Origin: Obrimoposthia wandeli | Lineage: Eukaryota | DNA: 64,000 bases | Assembly (NCBI GenBank): GCA_977020255.1 | Contig: CDROCS010005135.1 | Location: forward strand, 186,001 to 250,000 | Reading direction: 5' to 3' | Shown: positions 1 through 11,241 of the stretch, piece by piece | How the letters are laid out: every line of letters begins with the position of its first letter | Numbering within the stretch: position 1 is the first letter of the stretch | The notes under the pieces: model-generated | The model's input: the letters and a program-made list of their open reading frames with translations, nothing else | Told to the model about the DNA's origin: nothing | Database searches by the model: none | Made by a program: the position numbers and the translations under genes

Positions 1-1417
1 CAACAGAAAAAACAATGAGTACACTAAACGTAACAAACGGGCTGGATAGTACTGAAATAAACGGATTGGCCCCCTCTTGGTAGAGGCTTCTCAGCATCTC
101 TAGTACACCGCTAGCAGAAAGGGCTAACCAATAGCCAGAGACTGCTGCTCCGACAATAATATGTTTGATAATCGGAATTGATTTGTGGTCTCTGACAGGA
201 GCTAGCCATCGAACAAAACCGTAATAGACCATGCAACATATACAAACTGCAACAAACACTGTCATTGGGTTCTGGCTATTAAACAAGTTCTCGCCCTGGC
301 CGTTTGTGAGATATATAAATAACAGCCAGAACGCACTGAGCACCATAGCGGATTCTCGGTAGGCGCTAAGGGTTTGCTTGCCAAAGCAACGTCGGAATAA
401 ACTGCGGATGGCAAAATAGAAAGTAAGATTGACTGCAAGGGCGAGAGGAACCAGAAGTATTTGTAGGGTAAGATTGCTACTAACCACGGCTCTTACTTCG
501 GGATCTGAAAAGACGCCCATGAACCAGAATACGGACATAACCATGCTGTTTAATACCCCATGGTTCAGGTAGATTTCACCACTGTGCTCCCCGATCTTAG
601 CGAACCATGATGGTTTGTTTACTGGGGGAAGAGTCAGAGCCAGTGCGATGAAGGAGAGCGTGACAGGCAGAGTCATGATGTAATAGTCAGCGATGATCCC
701 GCCGTGTCCTTTGATCAGCCATAAGCCTTCTGCCACCGACAAGCCTGAAAAAAGAACTGCTCCCAGCAGATATACCGGCCACGGAAGTTTTTTGATTAAA
801 CTCACTGCATTGACTTTGGCCAGTTGGTATCCGAGGGTTACGTAGAAAAGACCAAAAAAGAGCGGGTCACGGGAATTGATAAAGAAGCTGTTTGTTTCCG
901 AATTAAAAATCTCAAACGGAAGAAGTGGTTGATAAGACTGTCCGCTTAGTCCTATCAAGTGCAGCAGGCTGGCAATCACAAACAAGATAGTGCTGGCATT
1001 GAATTTTTTGGCGATAAATTGCAGTAGCACAGCAATTGTTAATGCTGGCATAAACCACATAATTTCAGAGCCGAAAGTACCGTGGTAGAACATCGCGGTA
1101 AATGAAAATGGACGCCAGAACTGATAGCCAATACCGACAAGTACAAAATAAATTAGGGTCCAGCTGAGATACATCCTGATCAGCTTGGCCAGATAGCGTT
1201 TGGTATAAGCGTCACTGTCAGTCATGCTTTGAAAATAATAAAGATAGCCTGCAACAACAAAGAAAAACGGTACCGCAAAACGTGCCAGAATATTGAGGCT
1301 AAGATAAATAGAATTGTGCTCAATACCGCCGTAAGAGTTAAATATTGAGTAATGAATGATAAATATTGCCACAATACCCAGTAATTTCAGGCTATCAAAT
1401 GCGTAAACTCTTTTCAT
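1..1417 (-). CDS. Acyltransferase-3 (OafA/AT3-like) membrane protein, 3' end outside the window (>=472 aa)
   Basis: I translated it by hand from ATG at 1417 (GGAGAT RBS at 1421-1426) and found no in-frame stop down to position 2. The N-terminus MKRVYAFDSLKLLGIVAIFIIH...ARFAVPFFFVVAGY matches the AT3 D-x-L-R/K...H and F-x-V-P-x-FF-x-x-S/AGY motifs; EIYLNH follows later. It is absent from the ORF track because it has no stop. Confidence 0.85.
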   Translation of the reverse strand, partial: MKRVYAFDSLKLLGIVAIFIIHYSIFNSYGGIEHNSIYLSLNILARFAVPFFFVVAGYLYYFQSMTDSDAYTKRYLAKLIRMYLSWTLIYFVLVGIGYQFWRPFSFTAMFYHGTFGSEIMWFMPALTIAVLLQFIAKKFNASTILFVIASLLHLIGLSGQSYQPLLPFEIFNSETNSFFINSRDPLFFGLFYVTLGYQLAKVNAVSLIKKLPWPVYLLGAVLFSGLSVAEGLWLIKGHGGIIADYYIMTLPVTLSFIALALTLPPVNKPSWFAKIGEHSGEIYLNHGVLNSMVMSVFWFMGVFSDPEVRAVVSSNLTLQILLVPLALAVNLTFYFAIRSLFRRCFGKQTLSAYRESAMVLSAFWLLFIYLTNGQGENLFNSQNPMTVFVAVCICCMVYYGFVRWLAPVRDHKSIPIIKHIIVGAAVSGYWLALSASGVLEMLRSLYQEGANPFISVLSSPFVTFSVLIVFSV

Positions 1418-1684
1418 TTTATCTCCGATAAATAGGTTCATCTAAGTTGTACAGAAAGGTCGATTTGACATTATTGAGTCCGCATATCCTGACTTGAATA
1501 AAAAGGACACCGTGATCATCTGGGCTGGAATATAGATAAATCATGGCAAGGTGTATCTCTGCAATGTTTGCGTCACAGTCAATAAGGCCGTGGTTTCATA
1601 TTAAATACTATCATTAATATCTTGCTGTTCATGTTCAAGCGGTATGTAGACATTTCATAACGTTTCATCACTCTGCGCGAGTGA

Positions 1685-2866
<1,182 letters not shown>

Positions 2867-2883
2867 GTCAGGAGAAGTACAAT

Positions 2884-5340
2884 ATGAAATTCAGTGAATC
2901 TTGGCTACGTGAGTGGGTTAAGCCTTCTATTAACAGCGAAGAACTAGCTCACCAAATCACAATGGCTGGTTTGGAAGTTGATGACGTTGCTCCTGTTGCG
3001 GGTGAGTTTACCGGCGTTAAAGTGGGTAAAGTTGTTGAGTGCGGTCAGCACCCAGATGCAGACAAACTGCAAGTAACAAAAATTGATATCGGTGAAGCCG
3101 ATCTTGATGGTGAGAAGCAATTATTAGACATCGTATGTGGTGCCTCTAATTGTCGTCTTGGCCTTACTGTTGCTGTTGCAACGGTAGGTGCGGTTCTTCC
3201 TGGTAACTTTAAAATCAAGAAAGCGAAACTACGTGGTGCTCCTTCTCACGGTATGCTTTGTTCTTTCTCTGAGCTAGGTATCGATGTTGAGTCTGACGGC
3301 ATTCTTGAGCTACCAGAAGGTACAGCTCTTGGCATGGATGTTCGTGAGCTTCTAGAGCTTAACGATGTTGCTATCGATGTTGACCTAACGGCTAACCGTG
3401 CTGACTGTTTCAGCATTCGTGGCTTAGCTCGTGAAGTGGGCGTTCTAAACCGTGCTGATGTAACTGAGCCTACAGTTGAAACTGTTGCAACAAGTATTGA
3501 AGACACTGTATCAGTTGAAATCAAAGCAACTGATGCTTGTCCACGTTACCTTGGCCGTGTGGTTAAAAATGTAAACGTGAAAGCGGAATCGCCAATTTGG
3601 ATGCAAGAAAAACTGCGTCGTTGTGGTATCCGTTCAATCGACCCTATTGTTGACATTACTAACTACGTAATGCTTGAGCAAGGCCAACCAATGCACGCAT
3701 TTGATCTTTCTAAGATCGAAGGTGGCATCGTGGTTCGTCTAGCTGAGCAAGGCGAAAAGCTGACGCTTCTAGATGGCAACGAAGCTGAACTAAACAGCAA
3801 CACATTAGTCATTGCTGACCACACTAAAGTATTAGCAATTGCTGGTATCTTTGGTGGTAAAGATTCAGGTGTAACGACTGAAACAACAGACGTACTGCTT
3901 GAAGCTGCATTCTTCGCACCTGATCACATCCGTGGTCGCGCTCGTGCATACGGTCTTCACACTGATTCTTCTCTACGTTTCGAGCGTGGTGTAGATTCAA
4001 CGCTACAAGCAGCAGCAATGGAGCGCGCTACACAGCTTCTAGTTGAAATATGTGGTGGTGAAGTTGCACCTGTTAACGGTAGCGAGTCTGAAGCTGATCT
4101 GCCTAAAGCAAACGTTGTTGTATTACGTCGCACTAAGCTAGATAGCTTGCTAGGCCATGAAATCCCATCTGAAGATGTGGTTGAAATCCTAACTCGTCTA
4201 GGTTGTAACGTTTCTGTTGTAGAAGATTCGGAGACAACAGACGCAGGTTGGACTGCAACATCTCCAGCATGGCGTTTTGATATCGCAATCGAACAAGACT
4301 TAATCGAAGAAGTAGGTCGCATCTACGGTTACGATAACATTCCTAACCAAGCGCCAGTAGCTGCACTTAAGATGAATGATCACAAAGAAGCAAACCAACC
4401 GCTTAAGCGTGTTCGTGATCTTCTAGTTGACCGTGGTTACCATGAAGCAATTACCTACAGCTTCGTAGAGCCAGAACAACAGAAATTGGTTGTTCCAGGT
4501 GTTGAGCCGCTAATTCTGCCATTCCCAATTTCTGCGGATATGTCAGCAATGCGTCTTGGTCTAATCCAAGGTCTACTAAATACGGTTGTTCACAACCAAA
4601 AGCGTCAGCAATCTCGTGTTCGTTTATTCGAATCTGGTTTACGTTTCATTCCTGAAGCAAATGCTGAAAATGGCATGCGTCAAGAAATGATGCTAGCGGG
4701 TGTTATTGCTGGTACTCGTGGTGAAGAACACTGGGATATCGACACGAATACTGTTAACTTCTTCGACCTTAAAGGTGATTTAGAAGCGGTTCTAGAGCTA
4801 ACTGCAAATGAAAAAGCATACAGCTTTAAAGCCCTTTCTTCTGAAAATAAGAAACAGAACCCAGCACTTCACCCTGGCCAATCTGCAGCGATTGTTGTTG
4901 ATGCCGGTCTTGAAACAGAGAAAGAGGTCGGTGTAATTGGTACTGTTCACCCAGAATTAGAGCGTAAGTTTGGTCTAAATGGCCGCACTATCGTATTCGA
5001 AATCGAGTGGGCAGCAATCAATACTCGCGTTCTTCCAGAAGCAGTTGCGGTATCTAAGTTCCCAGCTAACCGTCGTGATATTGCGGTTGTTGTTGATGAT
5101 GCTGCGGCTTCTGGCGATATCGTAGACGCATGTATTGCTGCGGGCGGTGAATTCTTAACTGATGCTAAACTGTTTGACGTTTACGTTGGTAAAGGCGTTG
5201 AGGAAGGTAAGAAGAGCCTTGCTATCGCGCTAAGCCTTCAGTCAGTTGAACGTACACTTGAAGATGCAGATATTTCAGGTGCAGTCGACAGTATTGTTGC
5301 TGTGCTTACTGAACGTTTCGGTGCTAGCCTACGTGACTAG
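2884..5340 (+). CDS. pheT: Phenylalanine--tRNA ligase beta subunit
   Basis: [12 protein letters not shown] start, [24 protein letters not shown]; directly follows pheS. Confidence 0.98.
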   Translation: MKFSESWLREWVKPSINSEELAHQITMAGLEVDDVAPVAGEFTGVKVGKVVECGQHPDADKLQVTKIDIGEADLDGEKQLLDIVCGASNCRLGLTVAVATVGAVLPGNFKIKKAKLRGAPSHGMLCSFSELGIDVESDGILELPEGTALGMDVRELLELNDVAIDVDLTANRADCFSIRGLAREVGVLNRADVTEPTVETVATSIEDTVSVEIKATDACPRYLGRVVKNVNVKAESPIWMQEKLRRCGIRSIDPIVDITNYVMLEQGQPMHAFDLSKIEGGIVVRLAEQGEKLTLLDGNEAELNSNTLVIADHTKVLAIAGIFGGKDSGVTTETTDVLLEAAFFAPDHIRGRARAYGLHTDSSLRFERGVDSTLQAAAMERATQLLVEICGGEVAPVNGSESEADLPKANVVVLRRTKLDSLLGHEIPSEDVVEILTRLGCNVSVVEDSETTDAGWTATSPAWRFDIAIEQDLIEEVGRIYGYDNIPNQAPVAALKMNDHKEANQPLKRVRDLLVDRGYHEAITYSFVEPEQQKLVVPGVEPLILPFPISADMSAMRLGLIQGLLNTVVHNQKRQQSRVRLFESGLRFIPEANAENGMRQEMMLAGVIAGTRGEEHWDIDTNTVNFFDLKGDLEAVLELTANEKAYSFKALSSENKKQNPALHPGQSAAIVVDAGLETEKEVGVIGTVHPELERKFGLNGRTIVFEIEWAAINTRVLPEAVAVSKFPANRRDIAVVVDDAAASGDIVDACIAAGGEFLTDAKLFDVYVGKGVEEGKKSLAIALSLQSVERTLEDADISGAVDSIVAVLTERFGASLRD

Positions 5341-5419
5341 AGTTAACACTCTATGATCTATCAGCTTTTAACCTGAAAAAAAAAAGAGAGACAGTGCACA
5401 TTTAAGTCATTGTTTTAAG

Positions 5420-5449
5420 AAAGCAGCCCGAAAAGGCTGCTTTTTTTTT
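5420..5449 (+). terminator. Rho-independent terminator after pheT
   Basis: AGCAGCC-CGAAAA-GGCTGCT hairpin followed by a T run. Confidence 0.85.
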
Positions 5450-5859
5450 GTCTAAATAGAAAACTTTCTAACATTTTGATTGATAGTGATATTTTCTATT
5501 AGTCATTGCTATTTTGGTTTTTTGTTCTGTATCTAGTTGTTTTTATAGGCTTTCTTGTTGCTTGTGTTAAATGTGACACACAACAAGGTGCATTTAAATA
5601 CCTACTTTTCAGAGTGAACAATCAATAAATTGACGAGAAGTTAACTTAAAAAAGTTGGCGAAAATCAGCGAGTTGGCTTAAACTTGACTCTAGTTGAGGA
5701 GAGCGCTTGAAACGCCAGTTGAATTACATATTGATTCATAGGTATGAACGCTTCCCCTTAGCAAAACTTATTCGCAGTGACACAAGTGATTCATCGTTAG
5801 AATCTTTAACTTTGAATTGTGTGCACTACCCATTCAGCATAGTCTTGAGGGAGTTATCT

Positions 5860-6156
5860 ATGGCGCTCACAAAAGCCGATTTGGCTGAGGACCTGTTTGA
5901 GAATGTTGGATTAAGCAAGCGGGACGCCAAGGATACGGTGGAAGTCTTTTTTGAAGAAATCAGAAAGGCTCTAGAAAATGGCGAGCAAGTAAAATTATCA
6001 GGTTTTGGTAATTTTGATTTGCGCGACAAAAATGAACGTCCAGGCCGAAATCCAAAAACGGGTGAAGATATTCCTATCTCTGCACGTCGTGTTGTTACTT
6101 TTCGTCCAGGTCAAAAATTAAAAGCTCGCGTTGAAAGCATAGAAATCGAAAAATAA
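5860..6156 (+). CDS. ihfA: Integration host factor alpha subunit
   Basis: [10 protein letters not shown]...VKLSGFGNF...GRNPKTGE; GAGGGAG RBS before ATG 5860. The track's 5707 start is an over-extension. Confidence 0.97.
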   Translation: MALTKADLAEDLFENVGLSKRDAKDTVEVFFEEIRKALENGEQVKLSGFGNFDLRDKNERPGRNPKTGEDIPISARRVVTFRPGQKLKARVESIEIEK

Positions 6157-6191
6157 GAGTTTTTAGTTTTGCTGCTTAATACATAATAATG

Positions 6192-6230
6192 AACCCAAGC
6201 GGAATGTGAAGATTCGCTTGGGTTTTCTTT
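6192..6230 (+). terminator. Terminator after ihfA
   Basis: AACCCAAGCGGAAT...ATTCGCTTGGGTT hairpin followed by TTCTTT. Confidence 0.75.
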
Positions 6231-6233
6231 ATC

Positions 6234-6398
6234 TAATACCAACCTAAATAAGTATCTGATCATTCTTGCTGGTTAAAATCGATAATAACAGCGTTAGAAA
6301 TTTTATAATTAGAACCACTAGTTACTTCAATTTCTGTCTTGTTCTTATCTATTTTTCCTGCGCAAATTTATTACCACTTACTTATCCAGATTGGTATA
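6234..6398. repeat. MITE-like intergenic element, family A, long copy (165 bp)
   Basis: Ends TAATACCAACCTAAATAAGTA and TACTTATCCAGATTGGTATA form an imperfect inverted repeat; the same ends occur at 10195-10280 and 42839-42911. Confidence 0.75.
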
Positions 6399-6620
6399 AA
6401 TCCCCGAAATTTATAATCAAGATACCTGCTTAAACTCCTTTTCCCATCATCAAGTTCTTACTTTTATTTCATTTTGCGATATATTGCCAAAACATTTAAG
6501 TTACAAAGATGTAGCTAAATTGTATAGTGAATGCAGTTTCTTTCACTGTGTTTTGCGTTATGTAATGCTTATAAAGCACCGTGGATGTACGCCAGTTATA
6601 CATAAACACGGAGGTTATAA

Positions 6621-7688
6621 ATGGCATTGCTACAATCAGTAAAAGAGGGCGGCTTCTTAACGGCTACATTGGATTTAACTTCACCCTTCGAGGCTGGTAA
6701 ATGGGTGCTGGAATCAGGGGTGGCATTTCATTTATCTCACCGTGGTATTTTAACGATCACCCCACCAAAAATGAGTACATTAACGAAAGACATTATCATT
6801 TCTGCCGGTGTTCACGGCGATGAGACTGGGCCCATAGAGTTAATTCAGGAAATGGCTCAAAGCCTGTTGCAGGCTAAGTTAGTACCTGTTCATCGATTAC
6901 TGCTTATTATTGGGCATCCTCAAGCTATTAATGCGCATACGCGTTTCATCGATGAAAATATGAATCGTCTCTTTGCTGAAAAGAATGATGAGACGAATAT
7001 TGACTGTATTAATGCTAACCATTTGCAGTATGCCGTCGATGATTTTTATCAAGAATCGCCTTTGTTAGCACTCCATCATGATCTGGCATTACCCGATCGT
7101 TGGCATTTAGACCTTCATTGCGCAATTCGTGATTCAGTTCATTATACCTTTGCTGTAAGCCCGTATAGCGAAAAATCAACTCGAAGCGGTGCGTTGTTTT
7201 CATTCTTACAGCAAGCAGATATAGAAGCCATTTTGTTGTCTAGCGCACCATCGCCAACATTCAGTTGGTACAGTGCTGAAAATTATGGCGCTCAAGGTTT
7301 AACTATGGAACTGGGTAAGGTGGCACGCTTAGGCGAGAACGATTTAACTCGCTTAACACCTTTTGCTGACGTGATGCAGCAACTTGTCTGCTGTGATACG
7401 CTGCCCGTTAGTTGGGATAACTCAGCGACAAGTGTTTATCGTGTAACTCGTAGTTTGGCGAAAAAGTCTGGCGATTTCTCGTTTACTTTTCCTTCTAATC
7501 AGGCAAATTTCACTTTCTTCGAGCATGGCAAGCTATTAGCGCAAGACTGTGGGGTCGAATATTATTCATTAGAAGGTGGTGAAGCGGTGGTATTTCCGAA
7601 TCCTGATGTTGCTATCGGGCAGCGAGCTTGTTTATTGGTACAACAAACGGACGTGAATTTTGGTGAGCAAGTGACGATTGCGGCGTAA
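6621..7688 (+). CDS. astE: Succinylglutamate desuccinylase
   Basis: GVHGDE, NMNRLF and LDLH motifs of the M14-type AstE/AspA family; lies next to btuC as in Vibrionaceae. Confidence 0.85.
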   Translation: MALLQSVKEGGFLTATLDLTSPFEAGKWVLESGVAFHLSHRGILTITPPKMSTLTKDIIISAGVHGDETGPIELIQEMAQSLLQAKLVPVHRLLLIIGHPQAINAHTRFIDENMNRLFAEKNDETNIDCINANHLQYAVDDFYQESPLLALHHDLALPDRWHLDLHCAIRDSVHYTFAVSPYSEKSTRSGALFSFLQQADIEAILLSSAPSPTFSWYSAENYGAQGLTMELGKVARLGENDLTRLTPFADVMQQLVCCDTLPVSWDNSATSVYRVTRSLAKKSGDFSFTFPSNQANFTFFEHGKLLAQDCGVEYYSLEGGEAVVFPNPDVAIGQRACLLVQQTDVNFGEQVTIAA

Positions 7689-7844
7689 TCCCATTCAAAG
7701 TTTTGGATTATTGGGTCTTTCTTAATGAAAGATAACGAAAAATGAGTGCGATTTGACTTAAAGGAGACTGTTTAATCACGGTCTTCTTTCTATTTCGGAA
7801 CTGAAAAGGTATTGTTAGCGCAGTATTTCCTATCCATTCAGCCG

Positions 7845-8837
7845 ATGCTTTTAAACGACCTAATTCAACGTCAACAAACCCGCTGGAAAGCCAGTTTCTT
7901 GGTTGTTTCCATTTTAATGGTGGCAACGTGTATTTTATCACTCTCCATTGGTGAGATGTGGATATTGCCATGGTCACCAGATGGCGCACTAGAGCAGCAA
8001 CTGCTTACTCAGCTTCGTATGCCACGCTTAATCGCGGCCTTGGCTATTGGTGCTTCTTTGGCTGCGTCTGGTGCGGTATTGCAGGTGCTGCTGGGCAACC
8101 CTTTAGCTGAACCTGGTATATTGGGTATTTCGGGTGGGGCAAGTCTAGCGTTAGTCATTCTGCTGTTTGCATTGCCTTTTGTTCCTACACCGTTGCTCAC
8201 AATGTTAGCGGCCATGTTAGGCGCCCTTATTTTTACTCTGATATTAGTCGGACTTTCTCGGCGTAGAAAAATATCGACTGCACGCCTATTACTTATTGGT
8301 GTGGCGTTGGGAATTTTATCGGGTTCAGTCGTCACGTGGGCATTTTACTTTAGTGATGATTTAAACTTGCGCCAATTAATGTACTGGTTAATGGGTAGCG
8401 TGGGTGGGGTAAGCTGGCCGCAGCTTTCAGTCTTACTTTTTGTTGTGCCGGTTTTAGTCTGGTTATGTTCACAAGGTAAGAAACTCGACCTACTGATGCT
8501 GGGTGAAATTCAAGCCAAACAACTTGGTTTAGATGTAGCAGCGTTACGCTGGCGATTTATTTTAATTGTATCGCTGTTAGTGGGAGCGTCTGTTGCGTTA
8601 GGCGGTGTGATCGGTTTTGTTGGTTTGGTTATTCCACATCTATTACGTATGAGCTTGGGCGCTGAAAATCGCTACTTATTACCATTGTCTGCGTTATGCG
8701 GTGGATTGTTATTAGCATTAGCCGATACCTTATCTCGTGTCATTCTACCGTCTGCTGAATTGCCCGTTGGGGTGGTTACAACGTCGATTGGTGCCCCCAT
8801 TTTTGTGTGGATGCTACTGCGTTCACATATTGATTAA
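7845..8837 (+). CDS. btuC: Vitamin B12 ABC transporter permease
   Basis: FecCD-family motifs [25 protein letters not shown] and ELPVGVVT; followed by btuD. Confidence 0.9.
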   Translation: MLLNDLIQRQQTRWKASFLVVSILMVATCILSLSIGEMWILPWSPDGALEQQLLTQLRMPRLIAALAIGASLAASGAVLQVLLGNPLAEPGILGISGGASLALVILLFALPFVPTPLLTMLAAMLGALIFTLILVGLSRRRKISTARLLLIGVALGILSGSVVTWAFYFSDDLNLRQLMYWLMGSVGGVSWPQLSVLLFVVPVLVWLCSQGKKLDLLMLGEIQAKQLGLDVAALRWRFILIVSLLVGASVALGGVIGFVGLVIPHLLRMSLGAENRYLLPLSALCGGLLLALADTLSRVILPSAELPVGVVTTSIGAPIFVWMLLRSHID

Positions 8838-8863
8838 CAAGATAGATAACCAAGATTAATACG

Positions 8864-9625
8864 ATGATTCTTGATGCGAAAAATTTAGCAATGCCACCTC
8901 GGTTATTACCTGTTTCATTTACCATTAATGCGGGTGAAATTGTGCATTTCATTGGGCCTAACGGAAGTGGTAAAAGTACCGCTATTTCGATGTTATCGGG
9001 TTTATTCGAAGGGCAGGGTGAGATTACTTTCATGGGACAGCTATTGTCTGACTATGATTTACCATCGTTAGCTCGCATGCGTTGTTATCTTTCGCAGCAA
9101 GATCGGCCTGCGTTTTCGGTAGCGGTTTACCATTATTTAGCGTTATCGTTATCGGCTTTGAATAACCCGCAGGAAGACCACGTTCAACACGCGCTAGATG
9201 AAATTTGCCAAGCATTGAACATTACCGATAAATTAAATCGAAATATCCAAACGCTTTCTGGCGGCGAATGGCAACGTGTTCGTCTTGCTGCTGCTTGTTT
9301 ACAGGTATGGCCCGCAATAAACCCCGAAGCTACATTGTTAATATTAGATGAACCTGCAGCAGCATTAGACATTGGTCAAGAAGCCGCGATGTATAAGCTG
9401 GTTCGACGCATGGCTGAACAAGGTATTGCCGTTGTGATGGCGAATCATGATCTGAATCGTACGCTGCGAGAAGCAGACAAAGTGCTGTTATTGAATAATG
9501 GGTCGTGCGTGGTGAAAGGGAGACCCACTGATGTGATGACAGTAGAGCAGCTTGAATCTACGTTTGCGACGCAAGTTCAGCGTATTGAGCATGAAGGGCG
9601 GAGCTGCCTGATTTTTAATGACTAG
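8864..9625 (+). CDS. btuD: Vitamin B12 ABC transporter ATP-binding protein
   Basis: GPNGSGKS, LSGGEWQRVRLAA, LLILDEP and NHDLN, all typical of BtuD. Confidence 0.92.
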   Translation: MILDAKNLAMPPRLLPVSFTINAGEIVHFIGPNGSGKSTAISMLSGLFEGQGEITFMGQLLSDYDLPSLARMRCYLSQQDRPAFSVAVYHYLALSLSALNNPQEDHVQHALDEICQALNITDKLNRNIQTLSGGEWQRVRLAAACLQVWPAINPEATLLILDEPAAALDIGQEAAMYKLVRRMAEQGIAVVMANHDLNRTLREADKVLLLNNGSCVVKGRPTDVMTVEQLESTFATQVQRIEHEGRSCLIFND

Positions 9626-9732
9626 GACGTGTTGACGTTTTAAATTGTTTCACGAATAAAATGAACTAATAGAGAGAGTGTTATTCTAACTATATCCAAG
9701 TTAGTCAGAACGTAAGGTTAAGTTAATTCATC

Positions 9733-10185
9733 ATGGTTTCTTTTTCTCTCACACATAATGCGCTTAAGCAACGCGTGACAAGTTTTGTCATCTTGCTTGT
9801 GATGATGCTTTTAGTGTGCATGAGATCTGTGCCATCACCGATTAATCAAACCAATGATACTTTTTCAGCTGTACCTGTATTTGATCTTAAAGCGCCATTA
9901 AGTACTGAAGATTTTGACGCGATAGCAGACTTTTCTTCTATAGATAAAACCACTGAGCTCAAAAATACAGCACCAGTACCCACAGGCACATGTCAATTAC
10001 TTGATCACCTTGTGAGAAGTTGCTCTGAAGTAAAAACAGACAACTATTTAGCCGTAATCTTACTTTCGTTTTCCCTGTTACTTACGTTATGCATGGCGTG
10101 CCGTTTTTATTTTCATTGGCAGCCGTGTTCGCCTGCATTACCTCAATATCGCACCCACTTACATAATTGTGTTTTTCTGGAGTAA
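9733..10185 (+). CDS. ScsA-like small membrane protein
   Basis: Two hydrophobic segments, a central C (GTCQL) and a C-terminal RTHLHNCVFLE resembling the ScsA ending RVHLRFCVFRE (recalled). Upstream of a DsbA-family gene. Confidence 0.6.
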   Translation: MVSFSLTHNALKQRVTSFVILLVMMLLVCMRSVPSPINQTNDTFSAVPVFDLKAPLSTEDFDAIADFSSIDKTTELKNTAPVPTGTCQLLDHLVRSCSEVKTDNYLAVILLSFSLLLTLCMACRFYFHWQPCSPALPQYRTHLHNCVFLE

Positions 10186-10194
10186 CCCCTGAAG

Positions 10195-10280
10195 TAATAC
10201 CAACCTAAATAAGTATCTATTCATTCTTAGCGATTATTCCTACGCAAGTTTATGATCATTTACTTATTCAGGTTGGTATA
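10195..10280. repeat. Family A element, internally deleted copy (86 bp)
   Basis: TAATACCAACCTAAATAAGTA...TACTTATTCAGGTTGGTATA. Confidence 0.75.
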
Positions 10281-10325
10281 AAAAATGAATTAATACATTC
10301 TTTATTATTACTACAGGATTTTATT

Positions 10326-11069
10326 GTGAAAAGACTTTCTTTAATTGCAGCAGCAATTTCTGCTGTATTGTTTGTGGCAGCTTTACCAGCAAAAGCTGCA
10401 CCTTTAACCTCAGAGCAGCAAGATAACTTAGTTAAGATTCAAACCATTTTGGAACAAAAGCCAGAATTGATTGATGGATTATTAACCAGCCTGAATATGT
10501 ATATTGACCAAGAAAACAAAACAGCAGTGACGTTGAATAAGTATCATGATTGGCTATACAACAACCCCGATTTAGCGGCGTTTGGCTCAGAAAGTCCAAA
10601 ATTAACCATTATCAACTTTACTGATTTTAACTGCCCGTACTGTAAGCGTTTAGATCCTGTTTTACAGCGCTTAACAGAGGAAAACCAAGAGGTACGGGTC
10701 GTGAATGTTTTTGTTCCTCTGCAACAACGTGAGGTTGCGGGTATTGATACTAATTCAGCACAATATGCATTGAATGTTTGGAAGAATGACCCTGATGGTT
10801 ACATGAAAGTGCATGATTATTTAATTCGAAAAAATGGTCGTCATGATAAGTCATCGCTAGAACGTGTAGCACAGGTAACGAATACAAAAATGTTGCTCGA
10901 TGCATCGAATACATTAAAACCAACCGTTGATAAGAGTTATCAAATATTTAGCGAACTGGGTTTAAATGGCACACCAGCCATGCTGATTGGTGATCAAATC
11001 TTACCGGGTTATTTACCTTACGATCAGTTAAAGCCGATTGTAGAAGATGCACTTAAGAAACTTAACTAA
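10326..11069 (+). CDS. Periplasmic DsbA-family thioredoxin-fold protein (ScsC/Com1-like)
   Basis: Signal peptide, N-terminal helical extension, FTDFNCPYCK active site and GTPA cis-Pro loop. Confidence 0.85.
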   Translation: MKRLSLIAAAISAVLFVAALPAKAAPLTSEQQDNLVKIQTILEQKPELIDGLLTSLNMYIDQENKTAVTLNKYHDWLYNNPDLAAFGSESPKLTIINFTDFNCPYCKRLDPVLQRLTEENQEVRVVNVFVPLQQREVAGIDTNSAQYALNVWKNDPDGYMKVHDYLIRKNGRHDKSSLERVAQVTNTKMLLDASNTLKPTVDKSYQIFSELGLNGTPAMLIGDQILPGYLPYDQLKPIVEDALKKLN

Positions 11070-11144
11070 TAAAGCTGGCGAATAAAACCACCCAAGACTT
11101 TACGAGTGAGTGTGGCTTTATTATAAGTTAAGTATGAGCTATTT

Positions 11145-11174
11145 AAGGTCTGAAATGATTTTCAGACCTTTTTT
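11145..11174 (+). terminator. Rho-independent terminator hairpin, with a degenerate duplicate at 11191-11217
   Basis: AAGGTCTGAAA-TGAT-TTTCAGACCTT followed by TTTT. Confidence 0.75.
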
Positions 11175-11241
11175 GTTTCAAGTTGATCTTAAGGTCTGAA
11201 ATGATTATCAGACTCTTTGTGATTATTAAAGCAAATGTTTT

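Noticed and set aside
5707-5859. N-terminal extension of IhfA given in the ORF track
   Set aside because: The conserved IhfA start and a strong RBS are at 5860; the extension has no recognisable features.
9712-9726. CpxR-box-like GTAAG-N5-GTTAA before the scsA-like gene
   Set aside because: Only 4/5 match per half-site in AT-rich DNA, and it abuts the start codon; too weak to call.
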